From Octopus sinensis (Eukaryota), in contig NW_021834335.1 of NCBI RefSeq assembly GCF_006345805.1, positions 1 through 49,165 on the forward strand: a stretch of 49,165 nt of DNA, given 5' to 3'. The notes under the pieces were generated by a model. That model was not told the DNA's origin. It ran no database searches and saw only the letters and a list, made by a program, of their open reading frames with translations. Shown piece after piece: positions 28,206 through 40,595 of the stretch. The position numbers and the translations under genes are program-made. Position 1 is the first letter of the stretch, and each line of letters begins with the position of its first letter.

Positions 28206-29357
28206 TATACTTAATTTTCGAGTTCATGCACAATGCATTCCGGCGTTTCCCGGGTCGTTGATGACCATAACTCCACGACCAACTGGTATTGCAAGACATG
28301 CCTCTGATAAGGAAAAATTGATTTGAAATCGTACGAATCAGTGAACACGGTTTGCATCCCGACCACTGAAGGGACACCCGTTGTGGGCGGACCTTAATTT
28401 GTCCTCGCATAGATGCTCAGTGTTGTTGTTGTCTTCACTGAGGTTATCAGGTCAGACATTTGTTTTCCATCACACCATCCGCGTTATAGTACACGCTCTC
28501 TCACTGTGAAATTAGGGAGATTGTAGCAAAATCCTTAAGAACTTTGCGGCTTATGGAATGAATAATAGGCATGAATATATACTAATAACGATAAGAAACT
28601 TTGCATAAACTGGGTTGAATAAGGAGAAAGGTTTTAGTCATTGCTTCACGTCTTTACCACACTTCAACGAATATAGACCCTTACTGTGCTTAATCCTTAG
28701 AGAAATTTTATTGAACTTAAATTTTATTGAACTTAAACCTGAGAACGCTACTTTGGCATTCCTGAGTCGTTTTACCAGAATCGATCACAATTATCCCAGA
28801 ATACGGTTCAATAATAAATTTTCTGTTGAAATTAGGGCTTTGTGTAAAGAAATGGTATCACAATGCCTCAAATATATTGTTTAATCAGGAAATACTGAAG
28901 ACGTTTACAGTGGCAGTTTAGTTGTGGCACAAAGGCCGTTATTGACGGTAAATGTGTCAATAATTGTTCCAAAAAGGCATGTTTTTTGGTCATTTTCCGT
29001 TGACAAATAGAGTTTTGTGCATCACAAATGTACTCATAACACTCTTTGTACATTGCTGCATTTTTTGACACTGAATACATTAAAATTTGCAACGTAGATT
29101 GCAAGCAAATCCAAATATTGCCCGGAAATGACCTCAAAATTGTGCGACCCGACCTCGTTTTCGAGTTTATTTTTATACTAAAAAAGCGTTGTTGTACAAT
29201 AAAACATACTTCATTTGGTAGCCGAAAGATTACTAAATCTTTTGATACCTCATACGTCAAAATCGGCAACTTAGTTTTTGAATACATAAGAAATATACGC
29301 ACCACACACAAGCTCTGTTTGAAATATATATATAACTATATATATATATAACTATAT

Positions 29358-29409
<52 letters not shown>

Positions 29410-29416
29410 TATATAG

Positions 29417-29465
<49 letters not shown>

Positions 29466-29663
29466 TAAGTATATATATAATTGAAAAAATTAGAATCGCT
29501 GAGATTTATACTGTACTCTGCTATGTTCTTAACAGAATATGCCATAACTGTTATATATACATATATATATTCCCCAAAAAACGAAGAACAACCACAAAAA
29601 AACAACTTGAGGACGTGGCGAATGTAAAGTATTAGCAGACGCCCAGGAAAGGAAAGAAAGTTG

Positions 29664-29698
29664 CTTTAACGTTACGAGCAATGCTTTTCTTCAGAAAC
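29664..29698 (-). ncRNA. Degenerate family A hammerhead motif in a TA-flanked element at about 29570-29790
   Basis: Minus strand GTTT-CTGAAGA-A-AAGC-ATT-GCTC-GTAAC-GT-T-AAAG: canonical CUGANGA, GAAA mutated to GUAA. Flank gaggacgtgg...aaagtatta..gacgc.caggaaag is shared with the 3.3-kb copy. Confidence 0.62.
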
Positions 29699-30321
29699 AG
29701 AGCAAAGTCCAATAGAGAAGGGGAACGTAGGAAAACAATTCACCAACGATTCACATGTGGTTACATTTTGAAATGGCCGTAAATGTACTCATATATATAT
29801 ATAGATATGAGTAGTGTTTATCGCCACTTAAACGTGGGTGTTCTATAAGAACAGACGGCACTGCTATTTTAGATCCAAGAGGACGCCTCCCCTTAGCTGA
29901 TTATACGGTGCGATTCGTGCATGATATATATATAGCAACCAATGTAATTATTCTGCAAAAAATATTTTCCAACATTATTTATATACTTATGAATATCTCA
30001 CACCAATACATACAATTTTGGAGCTGGAACAAGCAGGTGCACTTCAAGAGGACACAGATAATAATCCTATTTGCCCCGAAAGAAGAAATACTCTACATCA
30101 TTAGATATATTCAAAGAAAGTCGCAGGTGTTATACCGGCGTTTTTCTTCACTCAGGGAGCTAGCTACACAAAGACATGCGTTTAGCCAGCTTTGGACAAT
30201 TATGTAATGTCAATCGAATGAATGCTATTGTAGTGAAGTTATATATATTGGACTTGAAGGATATATTAAGAAGCCGATCTCGAGAATTAGGAGGATATTT
30301 TCTTTCCTGCTTGCGTAGCTA

Positions 30322-30431
<110 letters not shown>

Positions 30432-31282
30432 ATATATATATATCTATCTATCTATCTATCTATCTATCTGTCTCCCTCTCTCTATCTGTCCGTGTCGCTT
30501 TGTCCGTGAATGTGTTTTTGTGAATGTATGTATATATGTATGTATGTGTGTATGTATGTATGTATGTATGTATGTATGTATGTATGTATGTATGTATGTA
30601 TGTATGTATGTATGTATGTATGTATGTATGCATGCCTGCATGCATGTGTGCATGTATGTATGTATGCATGTATGTATGCATGTATGTATGTGCATATGTA
30701 TGTATGTGTGTATGCATGTATGTATGTATGTATGTATGTATGTATGTATGTATGTATGTATGTATGTGTGTATGCATGTATGTATGTATGTATGTATGTA
30801 TGTAAGCATGTGTGCATATGTGTATGCATGCAAGCATGTATGTATGTATGTATGTATGTATGTATGTATGTATGTGTGTATGTATGCATGTGTGCATGTG
30901 TGTATGCATGCATGCAAGTATGTATGTATGCATGTATGTATGTGTGTATGTGTGTATGTATGTATGTATCTATCTTACTATCAGTCTTCTCTGTGTCCCT
31001 GTGTCTCTCTACATACATTTTACACAGACATTTATAGACACACGTATATGCATATACATACACTCACATACACTCACACACACACAAACATACACACGTT
31101 CACGCACATATATATCTACCCCAGTACTTATCGACCCCAGCACTTATTTCTAAGCCTAGTACTATCGATCTCTTTTCCCGGACTGCTAAGTTACCGGAAC
31201 ATAAACGTAGATACCGCTTGCCACACACACACACACATAGAAAGACATATAAAAATAGACAGATGCATATAATAAATGGATA

Positions 31283-31385
31283 GATAGGTAGATCGATCGA
31301 TCGATCGATCGATAGATAGATAGACAGATAGAATGTGGTAGAGAAAGACAAAGCGAGAGAGAGTGAGATAGATAGATAGTTAGAG

Positions 31386-31418
<33 letters not shown>

Positions 31419-31740
31419 TAGATAGAGATAGAGAGAGAGAGAGATAGGTAGATCGATCGATCGATAGATAGATAGATAGACAGATAGAAAGTGGTAGAGA
31501 AAGACAAAGCGAGAGAGAGAGTGAGATAGATAGATAGATAGATAGAGAGAGATATAGATAGATAGATAGATAGATAGAGATAGAGAGAGAGAGAGAGATA
31601 GGGAGATCGATCGATCGATAGATAGATAGATAGACAGATAGAAAGTGGTAGAGAAAGACAAAGCGAGAGAGAGAGTGAGATAGATAGATAGATAGAGATA
31701 GATAGATAGATAGAGATAGATAGATAGATAGAAAGAGAGA
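31283..31740. repeat. Three tandem units of about 160 bp, rich in GATA/GA, each containing gatcgatcgat and gtggtagagaaagacaaagcg
   Basis: The unique core repeats at about 31335, 31490 and 31645. Confidence 0.85.
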
Positions 31741-32792
31741 GACAGAGAGAGAGAGTTGGGTACCTTCATATTGACCTACTACTGACGCTGCTACCCATCT
31801 TCAAACATGGACCGTCTGATAGAACAGCCAGAAATTTGATTGATTGATGCCGCTGTAGATTCTACTCCTTCGAGGATGCAACTGTATCGACTGGAATATA
31901 CATCATTTGAGGAAATTAATGAGGTCTTAGTTTTATATTACCACACCTGGATAAAAGCAGACGTTTTAAAATATTGCACTTTCAATAACTCATGCGGATT
32001 AAATACAAAAACAGCTAATTATAGAGCTAGATGCATAGCTTAGCTAGTTAGCTGCTAGCATGATATCAATTTGGTAATCAATATGGCGGTTTGTGTTGTA
32101 TGAGAGTAGAAAATGATTAATATTTTAATCGTCTGCTAATAATGAATTTTTAAGATTTCATGTTTTGTTGGTAATTTTTTCTGCTTATTTTTCTTTTGTA
32201 ATTTAGAAAGTAATTTTTATTCTCGAGAAAAAAAAAATATGTTCTCTATAGCATTCGATTTTAATCAAGAAATTGATACTTCTGGTTAAATATTGATAGA
32301 AAAGTAAACGAACAAACTCTTTTTTTTTTTAGTTAAATATTGACAGGGTACATAACAAAAATTTGAAGTTATATTTAGATGTAAAACACGATTACGCAAA
32401 TGGTATTTCGAAGGAAGCACACAAATAAGATTGTCAGATAAATTCGTTCGTTTTCCTTCCTCTCACCACCATTTTGTATAATTTAATCATTTCAAAATGT
32501 TATTTGAATCAACCGGAAAGTTTCTTTTTATTATCGTGTTTCACGCCTTTCTTTTTGTAGCTACTATTCACTATTCTACTCTTTCTCTACAACTTTTGCT
32601 TATCCAGATTGAAATTTGAATAAATTTTTTTTGTCTTTCTGAAATATATGTCGATAGAGTGTCAAGTAAGAACAAAAAAACAAAAACAAAAAAAAACCAA
32701 AACAAAAACAAACAAACAAAAACAAAAAGTAGCGAATAAATTTATCTGCCAGCCCTGTTTTGTGTGTATGTATATATATATATATATATATT

Positions 32793-32982
32793 CTTTATTT
32801 AAAGCAGCAGAAAATTCAACAAACCTGTTACTCTGAGTTCCCCGTTACCGATGAACGGCAACGGGAAACTCAGAGCAACAGGTTTTGTTGAATTTTCTGC
32901 TGCTTTAAATAAAGCATATTACTCTACCACTGGTATTTGAGTACTCTTTTTTCCACCTTGTTTCACATTTATGTGTTTACTC

Positions 32983-32984
<2 letters not shown>
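32793..32984. mobile_element. Penelope-like terminal remnant with a 58-bp inverted duplication centred on a family B hammerhead motif, inserted in (TA)n
   Basis: Arms 32793-32850 and 32856-32914, loop ATGAA. The + strand reads CCGATGA-ACG-GCAA-CGG-GAAAC-TCAGAG-CA-ACAGG at 32848-32882. Confidence 0.65.
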
Positions 32985-33033
<49 letters not shown>

Positions 33034-33356
33034 TGTGAGCATATGTATATGCATACATACGTATATGTATGTATATATTGATGATTCTAAAATATTGTTA
33101 TATTGAAACATATGTAGAATATGTTTTTGGATATTTTGGGGTTATTTTGTTGATGCGCTTCCTCTTATACATGTTCCGGTTCCATTTATACTTATTCTTA
33201 TTGGTATATCTTTTACTCTTTTAATTTTAATTTGTATTCCTTATCTAATTGTAATACAAATAGAATCACCCAAGCATCTTTTTAATTTTTATACTCCATT
33301 TTATTGACTTCTTAATTAATTAATTTAACATATATGTATATAAACGTCTTCTGAGA

Positions 33357-33607
33357 GGGCGCGCCAGATGTAAATGCGTGTGGTAAAAACGTTAGCACAC
33401 CGGGTGCAATGCTTAGCGGTATTCCGTCTGCCGTTACATAGTGAGTTCAAATTCCGCCGAGGTCGACTTTACCTTTCATCCTTTCGGGGTCTATTAAATA
33501 AGTACCAGTTACGCACTGGGGTCGATGTAATCGACTTAATACCTATGTCTGTCCTTGTTTGTCCCCTCTATGTTTAGCCCCTTGTGGGTAATAAAGAAAT
33601 AGGTATT
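33357..33607 (+). mobile_element. tRNA-derived SINE (same family as the 36-37 kb array)
   Basis: gttagcacaccggg...gagttcaaattccgccgagg...ggggtcgat...aaagaaatagg. The family also occurs at 18590-18900, 21600-21815, 24945-25110, 25210-25420, 27300-27450 and 46930-47095. Confidence 0.85.
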
Positions 33608-33863
33608 TTTTGTTTCCAATCTTCAGTGAAAAAACCCCAGCTATAGTGGTGGTGGTGGTGTTGGTGGGTGGCGCTACTGTTACCTTACTTGGGAAGCAGA
33701 TGTTGGCTGGCTGCAGGAAGATCATCCAACCGTGAAAAAGAAAATCTGCTTCAATAAACTCACTCCGACCCATACAAGCATCTAAAAGAGCACGTTAAAA
33801 CGAAGACAAAGTCGACGACGGCGACAATGATGATGATGATGATGATTATTATTATTATTATTA

Positions 33864-33905
<42 letters not shown>

Positions 33906-33941
33906 CCTTACCATTCTCTTGCTTCCATTTTTTTTTGCCAG

Positions 33942-34068
33942 GTATCCAGTTGACATTCTTTAGCTGTTTCAACATACGTTTGGAAAAAGTCGAAGACAAG
34001 TTCTGCGACGGTCAAGCCCAGCCTGATCCCAGTTACCACGAATGTACGCGTAAAGAATGTCCGGCACG
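33942..34068 (+). CDS. ADAMTSL2: ADAMTSL2-like exon 2 in window: (G)IQLTFFSCFNIRLEKVEDKFCDGQAQPDPSYHECTRKECPA(R)
   Basis: Acceptor tttttttgccAG, donor GCACG|GTAAGT, 127 nt, phase 1-2. Completes the TSP1 repeat begun at 19652 and resembles the human ADAMTSL2 segment [30 protein letters not shown] (recalled, not searched). Confidence 0.92.
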
Positions 34069-34328
34069 GTAAGTATAGGAACATACAACCGCACGCACGC
34101 ACGCTTACACACATATACACGCACACACACACATACACACGCACACACATTGGATTCGGTACTTGCATACAAACAGTATTCTGCTAACATATTAAGTCTT
34201 CAATGTTGTTCATTTTACTGTGGGATCTCTATGTGATCATACCTAGCCATTTTTGGCGCTCTACGGATGAATGTGCCTTGAATTCTTAAGAGTCCTCGTC
34301 ACAAAATCATATTTATGATTTATGTATG

Positions 34329-34466
<138 letters not shown>

Positions 34467-34821
34467 AACGGGTGTTGACAGCAAATGGATCTTTTTTTTA
34501 TTTTTTATTTTATTTATTTATTTTTTTTGGTTTTTTTTTGTTCTTTTCTTCCCTTTTACGATCCCTCTTGATCGAAAACCTACGCCACCCCCTTTTTTTC
34601 TTTTGTTTTTTGTTTTTTTTCATCCCCAAAAGAAAAGCTCTACCTTGTAACTTGTCCCATCTGTGTGCAGCCCTGTGTGGCCAATAAAGAAACTTATCTA
34701 CCTATATATCTATCTATCTATCTACCTATGTATGTATGTATGTATGTATGTATGTATGTATGTATGTATGTATATATGTATGTATGTATGTATGTAGTAT
34801 GTATGTATGTATGTATGTATG

Positions 34822-34855
<34 letters not shown>

Positions 34856-35520
34856 CTATCTATCTATCTATCTATCTATCTATATACATAGAAACTGTCA
34901 TGATATTAGCTTTTATTTTCAATTCAAAATTGGTTTCTCTAATAATTTTATAACATATATAATGTATGTCCTGAAGTTATTACAGTTTCATCATTCAAAA
35001 CTCTGCCTGAGTTTTTATTCTTATCTATTAAACCAATTTCCTGTTTCTTTCGAATACTTTCCATTTAAACTTGATGAAATATCAATTTTAATTTCTAGAA
35101 AAATTGATTTTCCTGACATTTGCAGCAATGTTATTTCGTCTCAAAGGTATTTAACAAAATATAAAATAATATATTCTAACTTCGGTGTTAGTCTAATTTA
35201 TGGTCTAACTCACAAGCTAAGAAGTGTAATGAAATTGAAATGAAAAGAAAAATCATAAAACTGAAAAAAGGGAAAAAAGAAATGATGACTAGGTGGTACT
35301 TCTGTAGATATAAACCATCAAGTTCAAAACGTAAAACAAGACTGTGCTAAATTGAAACCCGTAAAACGAAATAGCTGTGTAATACTTATTCAAATTGATA
35401 AATGACAAAGCAAATGAATGTTTCGACCAGGTGAGGCTGGGCATCTCTATTTAACAAGGCTCTTTGTGGCTTTTAATATAGTCATATAATATATAACATA
35501 TATATCTTACATATATATCA

Positions 35521-35820
35521 GTGAAGGCGCATGGCTCAGTGGTTAGAGCGTCGAGCTTACAATCGTGTGTTCTTGAGCAAGGCACTTTATTTCACGTTGC
35601 TCCAGTTCACTCAGCTGTAGAAATGAGTTGCGACGTCACAGGTACCAAGCTGTATCGACCTTTGTCTTTCCCTTGGATAACACTGGTGGCGTAGAGAGGG
35701 GAGGCTGGTATGCATGGGCGACTGCTGGTCTTCCATAAACAACCTTGCCCGGACTTGTATCTAGGAGGGTAACTTTCTAGGTGCAATCCCATGGTCATTC
35801 ATGACCGAAGGGGGTCTTTA
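35521..35820 (+). mobile_element. tRNA-headed SINE with central domain cttgagcaaggcactttatttcacgttgctccag
   Basis: Head GGCGCATGGCTCAGTGGTTAGAGCG (A box; B box region deleted). The same central domain occurs on the minus strand at 42960-43030. Confidence 0.8.
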
Positions 35821-36060
35821 TATCTTACACCTAATAAAATGAAATGTGTGTCTCGTCAGTCATGCTCATAAAAGAAGAGAAAAACAAGCGGGGTTAGACC
35901 TAGTGACAGTGAGAAACGAGAACTGTAGGCGAACTGTAGTAAAGAGATTTGCACTGAAAACGCTGGTATTTTAATCAAAATAATACTGAAAATTTTTATC
36001 GTAAATTGTAGTTCGTTTAACATTTTCACACATAAATATATATAGGAAATTAAATATTCT

Positions 36061-37160
36061 TTTCTACTCTAGGCATAAGGTCCGAAATTTTTCGGGAGGG
36101 GGCTAGTCGATTAGATCGACCCCGGTACGCAGGTGGTACTTAATTTGTCGACCCCGAAAGGATGAAAGGCAAAGTCAACCTCAGCGGAATTTGAACTCAA
36201 AACGTAGCGGCAGACGAAATACCTATTTCTTTATTACCCACAAGGGGTTAAACATAGAGGGGACAAACAAGGACAGACAACCGGATTAAGACGATTATAT
36301 CGACCCCAGTGCGTAACTGGTACTTAATTTATCGACCCCGAAAGTCAAAGTTGACCTCGGCGCAATTTGAACTCACAACGTAAAGACAAACAAAATACCT
36401 ATTTCTTTACTACCCACAAGGGGCTAAACACAGAGGGAACAAACAAGGACAGACATAGGTATTAAGTCGATTACATCGACCCCAGTTCGTAACTGGTACT
36501 TAATTTATCGACCCCGAAAGGATGAAAAGCAAAGTCGACCTCAGCGGAATTTGAACTCAAAACGTAGCGGCAGACGAAATACCTATTTCTTTATTACCCA
36601 CAAGGGGTTAAACATAGAGGGGGCAAACAAGGACAGACAACCGGATTAAGACGATTATATCGACCCCAGTGCGTAACTGGTACTTCATTTATCGACCCCG
36701 AAAGTCAAAGTTGACCTCGGCGCAATTTGAACTCACAACGTAAAGACAAACAAAATACCTATTTCTTTACTACCCACAAGGGGCTAAACACAGAGGGAAC
36801 AAACAAGGACAGACATAGGTATTAAGTCGATTACATCGACCCCAGTTCGTAACTGGTACTTAATTTATCGACCCCGAAAGGATGAAAAGCAAAGTCGACC
36901 TCAGCGGAATTTGAACTCAAAACGTAGCGGCAGACGAAATACCTATTTCTTTATTACCCACAAGGGGTTAAACATAGAGGGGGCAAACAAGGACAGACAA
37001 CCGGATTAAGACGATTATATCGACCCCAGTGCGTAACTGGTACTTCATTTATCGACCCCGAAAGTCAAAGTTGACCTCGGCGCAATTTGAACTCACAACG
37101 TAAAGACAAACAAAATACGGCTAAGCATTTCGCCCGGCTTGCTAACGTCTCTGCCAGATA
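36061..37160 (-). repeat. Head-to-tail concatemer of six SINE units with a 360-bp (176+184) period
   Basis: Line 36481 is identical to line 36841. Junction AAAGAAATAG|GTATTT at 36223, 36399, 36583, 36759 and 36943; an intact head only at 37120-37160. Confidence 0.92.
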
Positions 37161-37431
37161 GCCGTCTTATCCTTTCTACTATAGGCACACGGCCTGTATT
37201 TGCGGGGAGGGGACTAGTCGATTACATCGATCCCAGTATTTCACTGGTACTTCATTTAGTTACCTCGAAAGGATGAAAGGCAAAGTCGACCTCGATGGTA
37301 CTTGAACTCAGAACGTAGCGACGGTCGAAATACCGCTAAGCATTTTGACCATCGCGCTTGCCATTCATGCTGCCTTCATGAAATTAAATATTACACTTCA
37401 TTGTTTTCAAGATATTATTGTTCACATAGCG

Positions 37432-37463
<32 letters not shown>

Positions 37464-37517
37464 TGTATGTATGTATGTATGTATGTATGTATGTATGTAT
37501 GTATGTATGTATATATG

Positions 37518-37579
<62 letters not shown>

Positions 37580-37592
37580 CATATAAATATAA

Positions 37593-38045
37593 ATATTTAT
37601 GAAAAAGAACGAAAATGCTACTTTTTAAAAATTAAGTATATTTAAATTTCTTTATATAAATATATTAAACAAATGCTTTTGTTTTACATGTTTCGGTTGT
37701 TTAATAACCTTATCAAAAATATGTACTTAAATGAAATATGTAGAGAAAAAAGTTATCAATAAAATTATTAAAACAAACGTTCATAGTGTACTTTTATCTT
37801 TCTGCAAGAGCACGTGGTACTTTACTTCAATTTTCGTGGCATTACAACTGGTAACTCCAGTTGCTGTCTGTGATGGTAAATTAAATAGTGTGGTGGAAAC
37901 TGTTTTGAGAAGGAGAGGTCGCAGTAGTCAAATAAGCAGCAGCAACAATAATAATAGTCATCGTCGTAAAGTTATCCCACTTAAAGTTTTCACAGAAATG
38001 GAATTATTCGATCCCTCATCTTTATTAATAATACACACACACACA

Positions 38046-38091
<46 letters not shown>

Positions 38092-38819
38092 TTCAGTGTT
38101 CCGAGCTTAAAGAATACAGACTCAGTCGATACTTTCTTATGAAATGCAATTCCTTGCTAATGCGTTCATTTTGGCCAGCATATTGTCTTTGAATTTGTAT
38201 AATGGAAAAGTTGTGAATTTCGGATATTCATTGGATGCACATCTGTCTATATGTTCGCTGACAGATATTTTCCTCTATTCCGGAATTCTAATCAGGGATT
38301 TGTTCACCGCCATCGTCTGACGTAGGCTGTGCTTCTTTCTGTGTCCAATATATTGCTATTTGCATCCTGAGCATGTAATGAAGTATATCAAATTCTCCGA
38401 TGCACATAAAAAATTAGTTTTTTATGGTAAAAGTTTGTTTTTATGGTAAAATCAGAATAGTGATTAGAACAAGGTCAAAACTTTACCATAAAAACTAACT
38501 TCAGATGTGCATCGGAGAATTTGATTTACTTAATTACATGCTCGTAAAGCAAACCGCAATATATTGGACACACAAAAAACAGCCTACGTCAGAGGATGGT
38601 GGTGCACAAATCCCAAATTAGAATTCCGGAATAGAGGAAAATTTCTGTCAGCGAACACATGGACAGATGTGCATCCAATAAATATCCGAAATTCACAACT
38701 TTTTCATTATTGAAATTCAAAGACAATATGCTGACCGAAATGAACGCATTAGTATGGAAATGCATTTCATAAGAAAGTATCAACTGAGTCTGAATTCTTC
38801 AAGCTCGGAACACTGAAAC

Positions 38820-38913
<94 letters not shown>

Positions 38914-39626
38914 AAGTCAAATTGCGATAAAATAAATTATTATCGCTGGTATTTCTAGCACAAGCCATATATTTTTCATATATCAGTACATTAAGGCGAA
39001 ATATGTGCTAGAAACACAGAAGCTAGATAAATTTAGTGAAATGAAGATAAAAACATTTACTAACTCGGTTCCTCTTAGACTGCAGTTTCGTTCTTTTCAG
39101 CAATAAAGATAATTTATTTGCTCAGGGAGAATTCATCGGTAAGAGCCCTGTTGTTCTGAGATCCCAACTCACTAGAAGCATGTGCTTCTAATGATTTGCT
39201 CTCTCTAACTAATCAGATCACTGCGCAGACTCATATATATATATATACACATACATATATATATATATGTATAACTTTACGACGATGACCATTATTATTG
39301 CTGCTGCTGCTTACAGTTTTGACCATATTACTTAATTTACCATCACAGACAACAACTGGAGTCACCACTAGTAATGCCACGAAAATTGAAGTAAATTACC
39401 ACGTGCTCTTGCAGGAAAAAGAAAAGTACACTATGAACGTTTATTTTTGATAATTATATTAATAACTTCTTTCTCTACATATTTTATTTAAGTACATATT
39501 TTTGATAAGGTTTTTAAACAACCGAAACATATTAAAAAAAACATTTGTTTAATGTATTTATATAAAGAAATTTACATTACCTAATTTTTAAAAAGTAGCA
39601 TTTTCGGTCTTCTTTTTCATAAATAT
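37593..39626. repeat. Nested long inverted repeats (foldback): outer arms 37593-37975 / 39271-39626, inner arms 38089-38436 / 38476-38820
   Basis: Reverse-complement alignment by eye, e.g. agtttcagtgttccgagctt / aagctcggaacactgaaact and cgtcgtaaagttat / ataactttacgacg. Confidence 0.92.
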
Positions 39627-39909
39627 CTACTTACTCGTGTGTTACCTCTACATTTTAATATATATATATTACAGACACATCAATGTCTGTGAATTCGATA
39701 GGTGGCGACTCTGGGCAGATGTAGTGGTCTTATATATTTTTTTTTACCATGAGAGAAAATTTTCTCTACGGTAACTTCAGTGAATTTGTCTTTTAGTTGT
39801 TGAAATTTGTCACAAAAATATTTCAATTAACCTAAAGTTTGCACACACAGACACAGACACACAGACACACAGACACACAGACACACACACACACATACAC
39901 ACACACACA

Positions 39910-39949
<40 letters not shown>

Positions 39950-39950
<1 letters not shown>

Positions 39951-40130
39951 TACAGATCAAATCCAAACTACCTTATCAGTTTTGTAAAGCTATAGATAAG
40001 AATTTTCCCCAAAATTCCAGATACCATTCCATTATCAATTCACACCGAATTAGGATAGGTTTTTTCAAACACCAAAAACTTTTCACAAATCATCTCGTCG
40101 CATAACTTTAAGTTGTTAAATACAAATCTA
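39950..40130 (+). mobile_element. Penelope-like element RT thumb/linker fragment
   Basis: FCKAIDKNFPQNSRYHSIINSHRIRIGF, then after a frameshift SNTKNFSQIISSHNFKLLN; resembles the PLE pattern FL.LIDKHFP....HKIFN...KISYS...N...II..HN. Confidence 0.6.
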
Positions 40131-40212
40131 CTTAATGAAAATAGTAACATTGATATTATTAACGCTAACCAATCTTTGAACAATAATAACAACAATATTA
40201 ATATTTCTGGGA

Positions 40213-40595
40213 AGCACTCCGTCGGTTACGACGATGAGGGTTCCGGTTGATCCTATCAACGGAACAGCCTGCTCGTGAAATTAACGTGTAAGTGGCTGAG
40301 CAATCCACAGACACGTGTACCCTTAACGTAGTTCTCGTGGATATTCAGCGTGACACAGAGAGTGACAAGGCCGGCCCTTTGAAATACAGGTACAACAGAA
40401 ACAGGAAGTAAGAGTGAGAGAAAGTTGTGGTGAAAGAGTACAGCAGGGATCACTACCATCCCCTGCCGGAGCCTCGTGGAGCTCTTTTAGGTGTTTTCGC
40501 TCAATAAACACTCACAATGCCCGGTCTGGGAATCGAAACCGCGATCCTATGACTGCGAGTCCGCTGCCCTAACCCCTGGGCCATTGCGCCTCCAC
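40213..40595 (-). mobile_element. Full-length tRNA-derived SINE (tRNA-Arg-like head, comparable to octopus OR-type SINEs)
   Basis: Head GTGGAGGCGCAATGGCCCAGGGGTTAGG...GGTTTCGATTCCC with A and B boxes. Related copies at 42792-43101, 46040-46185 and 48635-48749. Confidence 0.85.

Noticed and set aside
36061-37160. CRISPR-like periodicity
   Set aside because: Eukaryotic context, the units are SINE bodies with no unique spacers, and there are no cas genes.
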